DNA of 64,000 nt from Azolla caroliniana. Taxonomy: Eukaryota > Plantae > Polypodiophyta. The translations under genes were made by a program, and so were the position numbers. Position 1 is the first letter of the stretch, and each line of letters begins with the position of its first letter. The stretch covers positions 1,612,001 through 1,676,000 of the forward strand of contig JBHGNT010000016.1 in the NCBI GenBank assembly GCA_043228905.1, in the 5' to 3' direction. The notes beneath the pieces were generated by a model. The model did not search any database. It saw only the letters and a list, made by a program, of their open reading frames with translations, and had not been told where the DNA came from. Below, one piece after another: positions 39,782 through 52,700 of this stretch.

Positions 39782-41325
39782 AACGTTTTTGGTGGCGAAA
39801 GCAAGAGTAATAGAGACATCCAAGTTTAATTTGATATGGAGATGCATAGAGAAAGTTTATACCAGAGATGTAAGGCTTTCATTACTTCTAGCTCGAAGGT
39901 TAAATGTGATCTGTGACCATTGAGAAACATTTATGCTAAAATACTAGGTTTTGTGGAGGGGATACATGATTCTTGATCATGCTCAAGACTTTTTACTAGA
40001 GAGGTCGCGAGATGTCAAAGTAAAACGGATTTTAGCATTGGTCAAAGGTCAAATAGGACCTATGAGCCCAAAGTGAAATAGTTTGATTCTCGATACTAAA
40101 GAATTAAGCTAACCAATATTGTCATTGAAAGTAAAGATTAGCAATGTGGTAAACATAATGAGATAATTGTTTGTAGGGATAGGTCTAAATTATCGATGTG
40201 GTAAACATAACTTCTTCGTAAGCATAGTTGCATTGCAAATGGTAAAAAAAACTCGATATCCACAAAAAGCAAAATTCTAAGTTTCAAATGGTTGTAAAGA
40301 AACAATTTGGAATATATGAACTTTGCTTCATAATGCCTTCGTAGGCTAATGTATCCCAAGTGGGAGAGATGTGGAGACGCAATTCATAATTGTTATATAA
40401 TTATTCATTTTGTACCAAACTAAAAAACTATTCATACATGTTAGAGCATGTCCATTTGTTTGCCATCTCCACTATTGCTTCCATATGGTGTATGTCACAT
40501 TCTCTTTGTCATAAGATGTGGCTTTGGGGCATGTAGTTAGCAACTCTTTCCATGCTCATTATGCAGTCTCACAAAGTAGAAGCATGTATATCGAGTTTGT
40601 ATCTTGACTTGAAGAAACTTAATAAAGAAAGTGTTTTTGGACATTTTCAAACTCTTTCTACGTGTACCAAATATGCAATCACCGCCATAAATCATTAGCG
40701 TTGGCATGACCCATGGGAGAAACAATCACCACAAGCAATCTCTTTAGCTATGTAGGTGCAAGATTGGAAAAAAACACTAAAAGTTGAATGATTAGTCTAA
40801 GTTTGTTTCTAAAATTCATTATTTGGATGATCCATTTGTTTGCTTATGTGATTAAGTAGACAAGCAAAGAACATTTGAAAAAATTATCATGCATAATGTG
40901 TTTATACGCAAGAATTCCAAAATGTTGTTCTCTTTGGATAGATTGATTTTGTTATTGTCTTTGGAAGCCAAATATGACCAATGGGACCAAGTCAAACACT
41001 TTCTTTTCACACACTATTGATTTGGGGATTTATCAAGGACTCTAAAGGTTTGAGAATTTTACCAACAAGCATAACCATTGAGAATGCACACTATTATCAA
41101 TAGAAAGAAAGAAAGATATATTAGCATCTTCTAAAACCAAATTTGGCTCATGAGACAATTGCTTACAACAAAATGGGATGTGTACCCAATCATCGAAAAT
41201 AAAAAAAATAAACATAGAGAAATGCACACACATAGATCTAGGTTGAAAAATATGTGGAACACAAACTCGAAAGTGATTGAACTATATTGCAAGGTGATAT
41301 TTAGACTAATGAACTTGAAGTTGCT

Positions 41326-41326
<1 letters not shown>

Positions 41327-41386
<60 letters not shown>
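41327..41386. repeat. (AG)n microsatellite
   Basis: Direct reading. Confidence 0.95.
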
Positions 41387-41388
<2 letters not shown>

Positions 41389-41709
41389 GAGTACCTTAGT
41401 AGTAAGCCAAGTTACCTTGAGATTTTTCATTTAATATCAAAACATTTTGGTATGATGCTAATTCCTTCATGCACCATCATCAATACTCCATAATGACTTT
41501 TCTGTTGAAAACCTAAGGTTGTATTTGTCTTACATGGTGGTAGTAATTGTCACTCGATGATGATCAACAATATATAACTAATGGTTTGTTGTTTAGACAA
41601 TAAAGTTGGATTGAACTTCATTATGAAATGAAATGCTTAGTCACTTATGATTAGAAAGTGCTTAATACACATAGTTAATTGTTAGGCATAATCTTAAGGA
41701 CCAATACAT

Positions 41710-42060
41710 AGCTAATTTTAATGGGTTAAAGGTAGGATAATTGGGAAACCAATTATCCTAGGATTTGGGACAAACACATATGAACTTATGACACATGGGA
41801 ACATATAATGGTATGGGAACCTTAGATATTTGGGTATATAAAGAGATAAACTAGCCACCCCCTTCATTATAGAATCTTGAAGCATTGTCGAGACTATTGA
41901 TGAGGCTAAACTCTCTTTTTCAAATTCATTTTTCAACTACCAAGATATAATATAAGGTAATATTTGGTGGTATGGATCATCAATGGTATTTTATGTTTGT
42001 CTAATGTCTTATCTTGGGGGTAGTGAATGTGGTTACACACTATCAATCCACTATTTTCTT
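41710..42060 (+). repeat. Diverged ~320-350-bp direct repeat, copy 1 (partner 46105-46420)
   Basis: Shared tttaatgg.ttaa.ggtaggataa, ggattt.gga, tatgacacat, tggtatgg, ctattg.tgaggc, ccaag.tataa.ataaggtaatatt.ggtgg, atggtatttt. Confidence 0.75.
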
Positions 42061-44940
42061 TAATATCTTCTTATTGCTCTCATTATTAGTTCGATTTGTA
42101 TGTTAACACAACTAGATAAAACAAAATCAACTCAAAATAGCGATCAACAAGAGAGTGATAAAAGTGCCAAGGGGCACTACAACTGAGGGTTTATTGGGCT
42201 CTCGATTTAGGTTTGGGTCATCTTCTTCATCTAAGCATGGTTGGAATGGTAGCTTTGCTTTGAAGTTAGCAAAAACCTCATCCAAGATGCCAGGAAAGGA
42301 TCTGAATTGTACTTGACCTTAATACTTAATACCAATGTGCTTAGTCTATTGTGATGTTGATCATCCAAAATGCTAAAATGGGTTTGATCTTTGGCTAAGA
42401 AGGGGTTCACCTCATATTGCAACCCCATCTACTCTAGTCAACATTTTGTAAATAATGCAATTACTATTTATGGGGAGAGAGAAAGAGAGGATGATAATGA
42501 TATGTTAATGTTTTTTACAAGCTAGAGAGGTAGAAAATATTTGATGTATTCAATCTAGAAGTTCTTGTGGTTCTCACGTTTTCTTCTTTTAAAGCTTGCA
42601 CATGACTTTTTTCCATTAAATTATCTTTACAAATTACAATTTCCACTTGTGAGAATTAATGTGCGACCTCTAGGTTCTTATTAGTCATGTTACCTTGCTA
42701 CATAAAAATTGTGACAATCAATAATGTAGTTGCATCAATATTGCATCATTATCCACCAAATTTGGTATACAATGTCCCTAATCATGGCATCTACTAGAGA
42801 ATGGCAAAATGTTATATGTTTCATCATTCATCACACAAATATTGCTTACCAACAATGGTACCACTATAAACCATAAATTGAAAGGGTTTGTTTATCCTTC
42901 ATGCCTAACTAGAAAGAGTTAGAGAATGAGCACTTCATCTAAAACATCTCATGAAACAATAAAAATTGTTCCTTTTCTAGCTATTGGCATTGTCATTATT
43001 GCAATGGGTTGCAAGAAAACTTGAATTTAAAGCATTGTGCGTGAAACATCTAGATTCTAGACTTGGCAAGTTAGTCATTACATAAGGTCGCGTCATTTCA
43101 AATTTAGATTTGAATAGAATTTGCACAATAGGAATATGACTTTAAAGTGGAACTCTCAAACATTTAATTTACATTAAATCTTTACTCTACGTTTGATTTA
43201 GACCTAGAGTTTCTAAAATGAAGTGACACCAATGTTGTCCCTTTGATTGGAGAGTGCTATTCCATCATAAATTGCCTTGAAATATGCTCCTCAATCATAC
43301 TATGTTTATTTTTTTGACAAAATCTATACAAAATCTAATGATTAGTGCTAATCACTCAATAATTCTCCTTTCTATTACGCACATCATCTCATGAATCATG
43401 ATGTTTTAATCTCGGAAGTTATAAAGATTGGAACTCACATCTATGCTCGATGACAAAAATAGCTTTCAATGCTTTTCAGGAATACGGAAATAAGTACATA
43501 GAGGAGAGGGTTGCACAAACATGTGTTCACGAAAAATGTCAATGAGCAATAACTCAAACTTGTTGTTTGCTATCGATTGAACAAGAAGTGCTATCATAAC
43601 GAGAGATTTTTGTTTTGTTTTAGGTGCTCACTTTCATTGCTCAAACGCATGGTAATTGCATTTGATAGATAGGTTGCAACTTTACAATTAAAGATGGGCA
43701 ATAGCTCAGACTACAATATCGATAATTCAAACAATTATACACAATATACAGGACCATGCTTTTGTTGTGTCTTTTTAGTTACATGACCACATGCTTGGAA
43801 ACTATTCTAATAGTTCAAGTATATCCATGATATTCAATTGATTTCTCTAGGTATGCTAGAATGACCACAAGTCCTAATGTCTTGCTGTATCAAAATGCGT
43901 GAAAGTATTCTTATTGTCAAGATGGGGAGTATATATTGATTTTACGTGGAAAAGTTCTTGTGCTTGTTAGCAATGCCCAAATGAACTACCATGCCCCCTA
44001 TTGAACATAATAATCTTTTTCTTTGATAAAGTTGCTTATACATTCAAGCCAAAAGAAATTATAACATATACCCCGATTAATTGTCATGTTTAAGTTGCGT
44101 GCAAACCCAATTCTTCTTCACACATTTCATTAATCTATTCGACATAATCTACACAACATTTTCGATTTCCTTAAAGAATATGAATGTAGATTTAGTTCAA
44201 AAATACTTCTCTTTATGCACAAGTTTCCATGACCCCAAAATAGACATATTCTACACAAGGCTTCTCCAATTCACAATGTTGAAAGTTTTCGTATATTCGT
44301 TGACCAACTTGTTAAAATATGTGATTCAAATTTCAATGATGCTTCATATCCCCACCCAGCTAAACTATGGATGTAATGATTACAATGTACATATTTATTT
44401 GTGTTCGTAAAGTGCATGTACAATACTTGATCATGTCTTAATGAATCCACATTGATGTTGTCATCATGACATGTACATATGCATTGCCTCACTTGAGGTA
44501 GATTCCGGATTGTAGTTGCTAATATGTAATGTTAAGGAATTTAATATTTATAAACATAAAACTTCACTATGTATTGTGACATCAAGGTTCAATGTATAAA
44601 TAAGCTAATAAACGGTGAGGCCAATACTTCTGTTTAAATTGGAAACTCGTTCTTGTTGGTGTAAGTCAACATTTGTTGATAAGGCTACACAAGACTATGT
44701 TGGGAAAACTGGTCCCTCTAGATGGGAAGAGTCTGAGGTGGATCAGTCGACCTCAACTCGGCCAAGTCGCATACGCACACATATTAATCGGTTGTGGCCA
44801 GTCGTTCCTCATTAGACTATCAATGCAAAATTGGATTGACATAACAATAATAACACCATATTTCCGATTGTGTTGTACATCTCATGAAACATCTACGTTC
44901 ACAATGGCTATCATCCTTGTAATATCCCATTGATCATCCA

Positions 44941-46010
44941 TCTTTCTTTCTTTCTTTTCTTTTTTTTTTCCAAAAAAAACTCCTTCCATTAGTTATAAAA
45001 TTTTACATATGAGATTAATATATACAAATCCTTGTAGGGACGTGATAGGTCCATCTTATGTGGATGCTCACCGACTCAATAAAGGGGGAGGTCGACCATT
45101 GCTAGATGAAGGCTAGTCATTGTCTTTCAACTCCATCGGAGTCGCCCTTGAGGCCATCATATTGGATTTTTAGAGTGGCTACAACTTCACTCCATATCTC
45201 TTGCATTAACACTGTTGGTTGCGTTGTTTGGTTGGAGAAGACCTGTCTACATCATTGTTTCCATAGAGTCCAAAGAGTTATTGGGCTGACCAATTTCAAC
45301 ACAACTTGAGATTTGGCATTGATAGGAGTTGAGTGGACATTGTTGATGGTGGAGAAAAAAACCTCTTGTGCTTTTATCACCAAAGCCATCCCCTCCTGAT
45401 GCTCATATCTGTTAATTGGGGCCTGCCATGATAGCCAACATATATTTCCCCACATGATTAAGCCTTGCACCTGGCATAATTGCAATAAACGGCCAACCCC
45501 CTGGCATATTAGATGGGCCTTTGGGCAGTCCCAGAAAGCGTGTCGGATTGATTCTATTGCATTTGGGCACACTACACAATTAGGAGAGCTAAGGTTCCCA
45601 CACTACCATACACCAACCGGTAGTGACCTATGTATTAATAACCATTGGAAAGTGATGATTCACGATGCATGTTGTTGTTTCCAATTTTTTTTCCATTGGT
45701 GATAATTGTGTGAGGAACATGATATGTGTGCCAGACTTTTGCAACAGCTGGCTCTCAGGCGGTTTGATCATCCATCTTTCCTTGCCTCCCCCCTAAAAAC
45801 AAAAGAAATACATCAAATTCACCAAATGTCACATAACTATATAGATGTCGCATTACAATAATAGAGCTGGAATACCACTTTGATAGTCTTTTGATTACCC
45901 TTGAACATGATGCCACTCCCTCTATATTAACCATCCCCCTTCTCATACATAAATTTAGGTACATGTGAAAGCCACGTTGTGCAAATATTTGCTTCCCAAA
46001 GCCCTTTATC
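44941..46010 (-). mobile_element. 5'-truncated L1-type LINE remnant with A-rich tail
   Basis: Minus-strand peptide CPNAIESIRHAFWDCPKAHLI (zf-RVT) and SPITLWTLWKQ. 3' end reads taactaatggaaggagttttttttgg followed by an A-rich tail (T-rich at 44941-44969 on +). 5' boundary approximate. Confidence 0.8.
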
Positions 46011-46104
46011 CTTGAGCCTAGATTTAGTCACCCCTAATACACTAATGCAAGCTATAATGTTTTTTTTGGTTTATGATATAGGCAATACTCTAGGATTCAA
46101 TTCT

Positions 46105-46420
46105 AAGCCTAAATTTAATGGTTTAAGGGTAGGATAAGTGGTAAATCATTTGCTCAAGGATTTAGGAAAAACCCATAAAGGCATGTAGGCTATGACACAT
46201 CATAACACATGGTGGTATGGCGCCCAATGTGTTGTGCTATCAAGACTCTATTGGTGAGGCACAACTTTCTTCTCCCATTTGTTCATCTCAACATCCAAGG
46301 TATAACATAAGGTAATATTAGGTGGCACGAAACCATCATGGTATTTTATATTTGACTTCTTGCTCTTTGCTCAAGAGTGGTCGGTGTGCTAAAGCACCCA
46401 CAAACCATTATTTCTTAGTC
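46105..46420 (+). repeat. Diverged direct repeat, copy 2
   Basis: See 41710-42060. Confidence 0.75.
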
Positions 46421-47813
46421 TAAATTACTTATCATTAATATTTCAATTCAAAATAGCTTACCACTATACATGCCATGTGTTAAAAGCATCACAATTTACA
46501 ATATTCCACAGGTTCTAGTATATATGTTGCACCAAAGTGCAAAACCATTTTCTCTAAAGAAGAAAATTGCGATTCACAAGTGAGAGCCCATCCCTTTATA
46601 TGTTATTCACACAACTATTTTAATGCAATATAACTCATTTTCTCTTTGATGTGAGATAAGGTGTTCATTGCATAGATGAGGAGACTCGTTGACTAGTACT
46701 TCACATTGACCTTTTTCAAGTTTGGTTTCCTAACAATGTCATATGATACTATCCTTACACTTTGCTCATAGTCACAATATGCAACCTTGATTATGACGCT
46801 AGTTAGTAAAATTCTTGAACATGATGAGTCACTAAACTCCAAATATGTTGTGTGAAATTGGTTCCATAGGTCATATTTGATGTCCAAGACAAGAATAGAA
46901 TCTATATACTTAAATATCTAAAGATAAACTTGGCCCAATGAAACATATTATGTAGCATATGTGTAGATGTTGTACAAATAAAACAACACCAGTTAATATG
47001 GCATGGGTCTTATTATTATGGTGTGAAAATCTTGGAAGAGACCAAGAGGAGGACCAACATTATGCTGAGGGATGTTGTTGATGGATTCATGGGGTAGGAT
47101 CCACATTTCATGATTCCCAATTTCTAGCACAATAATGTTGATAGTAAGAATTTCCAATTGAAAACATTGAGTCTCGTACGCCAATCCACACCCATAATTA
47201 TGCATGGACACATCGAAGAAGATGAAAGACAGAATTTGAAGTATTGTGTGTGTAGGGAATGGGTAGTTCTCCAAAAGATAAATGGTACAAAAGATGGGAT
47301 GTGGAATATGTAGTTATTGAGGAAAGATAAATGGAACCACTAAGGAAGAAGTGGAAAGATGCTAAAAGGATAAAATTAGAACGCTACAGTGCAAACATCA
47401 ATCATGAAAGTTGGTTTCTATACACGACAAGAAGGCCTTTTGACCATATTCAACCTTACCTCATTACTAACATGAGTATTAACTCTTGTAGAGCCCTAAC
47501 ACTCCTTCACACTCGATCTCAACAACCTAGTATTGAATTTGCATTATAGCATCAAAATGCAAAGGTATGCAAGGCACATGTAAGGTAGGGCTAGTAGAGA
47601 ATGAGTATTACTAGCTTTTTACATGCTCTTGCATATAGTGCAATTCGTGAAAACTATGATGATATATTATGAGGGGATGATGACTTGAGCATCATGCTAA
47701 AGAGAACACCTAGAAGGTTGAGCTCATTATTCACACATTGAGACTTGGTGCTTCAAAGTATAAATATCTCTTCTTAAGAAAGAGACACACATCAATAAAA
47801 CTTTCTGTACTTA

Positions 47814-47870
47814 GGTCCCATGGGTCAATATTGGCCTCTTTATGGATGCTAATCAAAATATCTATCTTCC
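47814..47870 (+). repeat. Dispersed ~55-bp repeat, copy D
   Basis: ggtcccatgggtcaatattggcctctttatggatgctaatcaaaatatctatc. Confidence 0.5.
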
Positions 47871-48089
47871 TTAACAATCATATCATATAATAAGAGATAT
47901 TTAGGAGGAGTTTACCATATCTATAGACGATAGATACACTAAACTCCCCCCTAATTATATTACCATATTCCATGTCTTTTACCATATTCTATAGGCCTAA
48001 ACATAATACGTAATATACTCGAATGCATTGGCAAACATTCTTTTTCATACGAATGCAAACAAATGCAATGTTATCAAAACATTCTTATG

Positions 48090-48900
48090 AAGCAGACTTT
48101 TATGAGGAGATGACGAAATCAGAAGCATTTTCTTTTGTAGGTGTCTGTTGTATTCAGTGAAGTATATTCCGAATTATTATATTTAGAAGACAACGATTCA
48201 AAACTTCAACGGAATGCGATTGAAGGAAACAACTCTAGGGCAGCAGGGAAAGTTTGGCTTGTACATATGCAACACCTACAGAGGCAGTGGAGAGTACTAT
48301 TTTTTATTTAATGATATGTATTCAAAAGCTGTTGGGATAGATCAAGTCGGAGATGTAGTCCATAAGGTCTCGTTTCGTGATGTGGTGCCATGGAAGGCAT
48401 TACTAGCACGATTGGTCTTCATGATAGTTCGAAGGTTTACAACATATGCAATGTCAAGGGATCATCTCAGATGAATAGTTGACATGTTGGAGCACTTGAA
48501 AAAGCGAAAAGAGGATCAAGGTGAGGATGCATTGATCAAGTCAAGAAGATGCAACTTCAATGAAAATCTGGAGATGAAGTCACATACATCGACTATTTCT
48601 TATGCTTCCTGTTTGAAAAATAGTCTACTGCAATGTTCTTATTACAGGATATGTTTCCAATTCAAAACCAGGTTGAATCTTGCATTGGAGCATTAGAAAA
48701 GGACAGAGAAATGTAGGTAAAGATTGAGGAGATGGGCAGGCTGAAGAGAAACCAGGTTGTTAACAATGCATTGCTTGATCTATATGATACGTGTGGAGTC
48801 TTACAAAAAGTACATGAACTGTTGGATATGCTTCCATTTCGAAAGGTAGTCTCCTGCAATGTTTTCATTATAGTTCAGTGTTTAAGCCAATGATTACAGG
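48090..48900 (+). pseudogene. PLS-class pentatricopeptide repeat (PPR) gene fragment
   Basis: Peptides DMYSKAVGIDQVGDVVHKVSFRDVVPWKALLA, QGEDAL...TISYASCLK and NQVVNNALLDLYDTCGVLQKVHELLDMLPFRKVVSCNVFI match PLS-PPR motifs. Multiple stops and frameshifts. Confidence 0.85.
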
Positions 48901-48964
48901 TGACAGAAAGAACATTCTTGAAGGTGTTCACTGTTCTTTGTACTTTTATACGATGACTCTTTGT

Positions 48965-49068
48965 AGATTTTATTGGTCTACCACGGCTACAACCCTTACA
49001 AGGTTGTTAGTGTAATCATTTTGTCATGGACGTACAAGTTTCTACTAATGAAGAAGATGTTTTTTTGG
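48965..49068 (+). mobile_element. LINE 3' terminus fused to the PPR fragment
   Basis: ggtctaccacgg..cccttacaagg...gtacaagtttctactaatgaagaagatgtttttttggaaaa resembles the reverse complement of 44961-45055 (ggacctatcacgtccctacaagg...gtaaaattttataactaatggaaggagttttttttggaaaa). Confidence 0.6.
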
Positions 49069-49370
49069 AAAACATTCTTATGTTATTTTTTTTACACTTT
49101 TTACCTTAACTTTATTACCTTAAAAAACAATTTACCTTATAATAAAGAATGAATACAAAAGTATATGGTATTTACCATACGTTGAGGGTGTTTACCATAC
49201 TCGAATGTATCAATACTTCGCGCATGCGAATGCACGAATGGTTCATACTATGGGCCTAAATGAAGTTTACATACATACATACATACTCTTAGGCCTCCAG
49301 CAGTCCCGTAGTTTTTGTTCTTCGACAACTCCCCTCTAGATAACAAACAAACACTGAGCAGACAGTGGCT

Positions 49371-49637
49371 ATGGCGTCTTCCAAGGAAAATTCGAAGCAG
49401 AAACGAGGGTCGGTTTCCTCCTCCTCCTCCTCTTCCAATTTTCCCATGACTCTGGAGCGTTTCGTGAGTACAATGTTACCGCTGATCGACCTTGAGAAGG
49501 TACCTTTTCTCTCCCCTTCTCTATCTCTCTCTATATTTTGTATGTATGCATGTATATCCTTGTGTACGTGTGTATGTATATGTGTGCATGTATGTAGTAC
49601 ATGTCTATATGTACGTACGTACGTACGTATGTAGTGC

Positions 49638-49700
<63 letters not shown>

Positions 49701-52700
49701 GTTCATGTGTATATATATGTATCTACGAATGTATCTGTAAATGATTTTATGTATCTGCATCATGATTTTGCTGCCATGAACTTGGCTCAAACAACGCTAT
49801 AATCAATATATTTTTATCTCTAAGTGAATGCTTATAGATGATGATGTGCTTGGGTGAAGAGTATGGTGATGACCAATGACTGCTGATGCACAATGTTTGC
49901 TACAACTTGTGAATCCTAATAAATCTTGCGGGGTAGAAAGGTTTCCTAGTGATTTTGCAGTGGCTGCCACCATGTAGAAGAAGGCCAATCCATTGCATTC
50001 CAAATTTGGATGCTTCTAGTTACTGAACTTTGATATGCCGCGCACGAGAAATATATGTTTGCCATTCACACTTGAAGGACCCAGCACCATTATGTTTAGT
50101 GTAGCCAAGTTCATGATTTGGATGTATCATCATTCTCTCAAATATCGCGGACCAGCCTGACCATCATGGTTGAAAGGCTCATTGGGTGGAACCCATGTAA
50201 GAGTCGATTTCAAGTCTTGTTACAGATGCCCTCAATTAAATTGTGAAATTTAATTCCATTTTCTCTCAGAAATCTTGACCGACCTCTATCTTTCGCTCAA
50301 GTGGTGTTGGCAACATGGTTCTCATTTTATGACGATATGATGATGGCTCCAAGATGGATTATGTAGCCCAAATGGCAAGGTTACTCTGGATTCTCTTGCG
50401 TTTGTTGGTCACCAAAGATAAGATATTGGGAAAGTATTCCGTTCATGGTGGATTGCTTTTTGAACGATGCAAAACATATGTCCAAAAACAAATGTTACAA
50501 CTCTCATATGAGTGTATTGATGCACCAAGTACGGGACACCCTGGTATATCGTTTTTTTACCCTGAATTAGCCTATTGACCAAGCATTAAAGCCTATATTG
50601 AAAGTTAATTCACAATATTCTCCTCATTAGCGTAATTCATTTCTACTAAATAACCTTTTAAGAATCATGCGCTGGATCAAGCCTTTATGACCCACAGAAA
50701 TTCATTTGTAAAAGCATATGCTTTACCCACAGAAATTGTCTATGACCATGATACAAAGCTCTTTGGAGGTTTTTGAGGTGTAGTTGTTAAAGGCTGTCCT
50801 TGGATCATCCAGAATTGTTCTCATTATTCAGTTGCCCATGAAGACAACAATCAATCAGAAAAAGGGATATATGTTACCAATCTAGACATCTGAATGAATG
50901 CTTGCAATGTCTGGCCTAGTGGCAAATGACCATTGGTGATAAAAGGATCATGGACCCTATAAGTGGAACAATGGCTCTCATACTCATTATTGAATTATGC
51001 AGCACTGCTCTTCTAAGTTAAAAAACACTCTGCAGGCTGAAAGTTTCCTTGTTTTGAAGTAGACTACAAAAGAACAGTTTTCTATTCTGTGAAGATTCAC
51101 AAGTTTTCACCGTGTGAGAACTTTCACATTGTAACACTTGTTAACAAAAAAAAGAAAGGCATTCGAAGGGAAGAACCCTGTTAAACAGAGGTTTTTTATG
51201 TTGCATGTGAACTTTTGCGATTCAATAAATCAATACAACAATATTTGTCTACAGGAGGCAGAGATTGCAGCGTCTCTTGATTCTATCACAGCCACAAACA
51301 CACAACTCTCACAAAAACGGGGCTCTGCTATTTTGAATCTCAAATGCTCTGATGTTCAGGTTGCCAAAATTTAGAACCATTCTATGCAAAGAATTCAAGT
51401 CAAGGTAAATATTCCCCTAAGGTATTGCATATTTTTTTAGACAGGGCTTTTGGGCAAGACTTTATTAGAATTGCAATCCAATAAGGGAGATTTGCTTCCT
51501 CCACACAAGGTTAGCTTTATGAAACCTGAATAATTTATCATACTGTTGAAATGCATGATGCCATAACATTCAGTTCTGTGTCTTTATTTTTGTGTATGCA
51601 GTTTGGTCCTCATGATGTGGTAATTTTGAAACCAAACAAAGCAGAATCTAACAGCACTCCCCTTAGTCAGGGCATTGTTTATCGTGTGAAGGTTAGTTAC
51701 TTTGTTGAATACACGTAACCGTTAATATTTTAGCACAGCTGTATTTTTCTTTTCTGTAGTTATATGATGATCGTGATTTATTAGGATGCGTCAATCATAG
51801 TTGCTGTGGATGATGTGCCTGAGGATGGTCTAAATTCACCCCTTAGACTTGAAAAAGTTGCAAATGAGGTAATCTGGAAATGATTAGAATGTATATTGTT
51901 TGCAGATATATTGGCACCTAAAGAAGAACACTTGATTTTTCTGTTGAAGGTAACTTACAAAAGAATGAAGGAAACTTTGATCACACTAAGCAAAGGCGTA
52001 CAGACAGGACCGGCATCTGATTTAGTTCCTGTGCTTTTTGGTACAAATCCCCCTTTGTTTTCGAGGAACACTTCATCCTACACTGCATTCAATAAGTGCC
52101 TTGATGAATCTCAGGTTTGATGTTATTGCATCAATATTTCTGGTCATGGTGGCGATAACCATGTTTCTGTATGAGGCATAACATGGAATTATGCAGAGAA
52201 AAGCTGTGCAAAAAGCTCTTAATTGCAGTCATTTCATGCTTTTGCATGGTCCACCTGGAACTGGAAAGACGACTGCTGTTGTTGAGATCATACTACAGGA
52301 GGTGAAGCGCGGAAATAAGGTGCTTGCTTGTGCTGCTTCCAATATTGCAGTGGATAATATGGTGGAACGTTTGTCATCATACAAGTATAATTAATTCCTT
52401 GCTCGACTCTATTTACATACTCAACTGCATTTTAATTTTGTTCTATAGTCAGCTCAACGAGTTGCTCCTTTTGTTTGGATTTCATTAGTCCTGTGTCTCA
52501 TAGGCCAATTTCGCCTCTATAGAGAAACATCAATATACTTTTTCTTTCCTTTGATAAATAGTCTATAGATAATGCAGGCAGTTTTTAAAAATCTCTATTT
52601 GATTGTATTGGTGCAGGTTAAAACTATATCTGATTGCATTGCTGCAGGTTAAAACTGGTTCGCATGGGTCATCCTGCAAGGCTTCTTCCACAAGTTCTAG

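Larger units (their letters stand above)
48002..49252. mobile_element. hAT-like MITE (~258 bp when empty) interrupted by a nested insertion
   Basis: Perfect 8-bp direct repeat GGCCTAAA at 47994-48001 and 49253-49260. Degenerate TIRs CATAATACG... / ...CATACTATG with a subterminal tgcattggca / tgcgaatgca pair. Second partial copy at 5922-6046. Confidence 0.7.
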
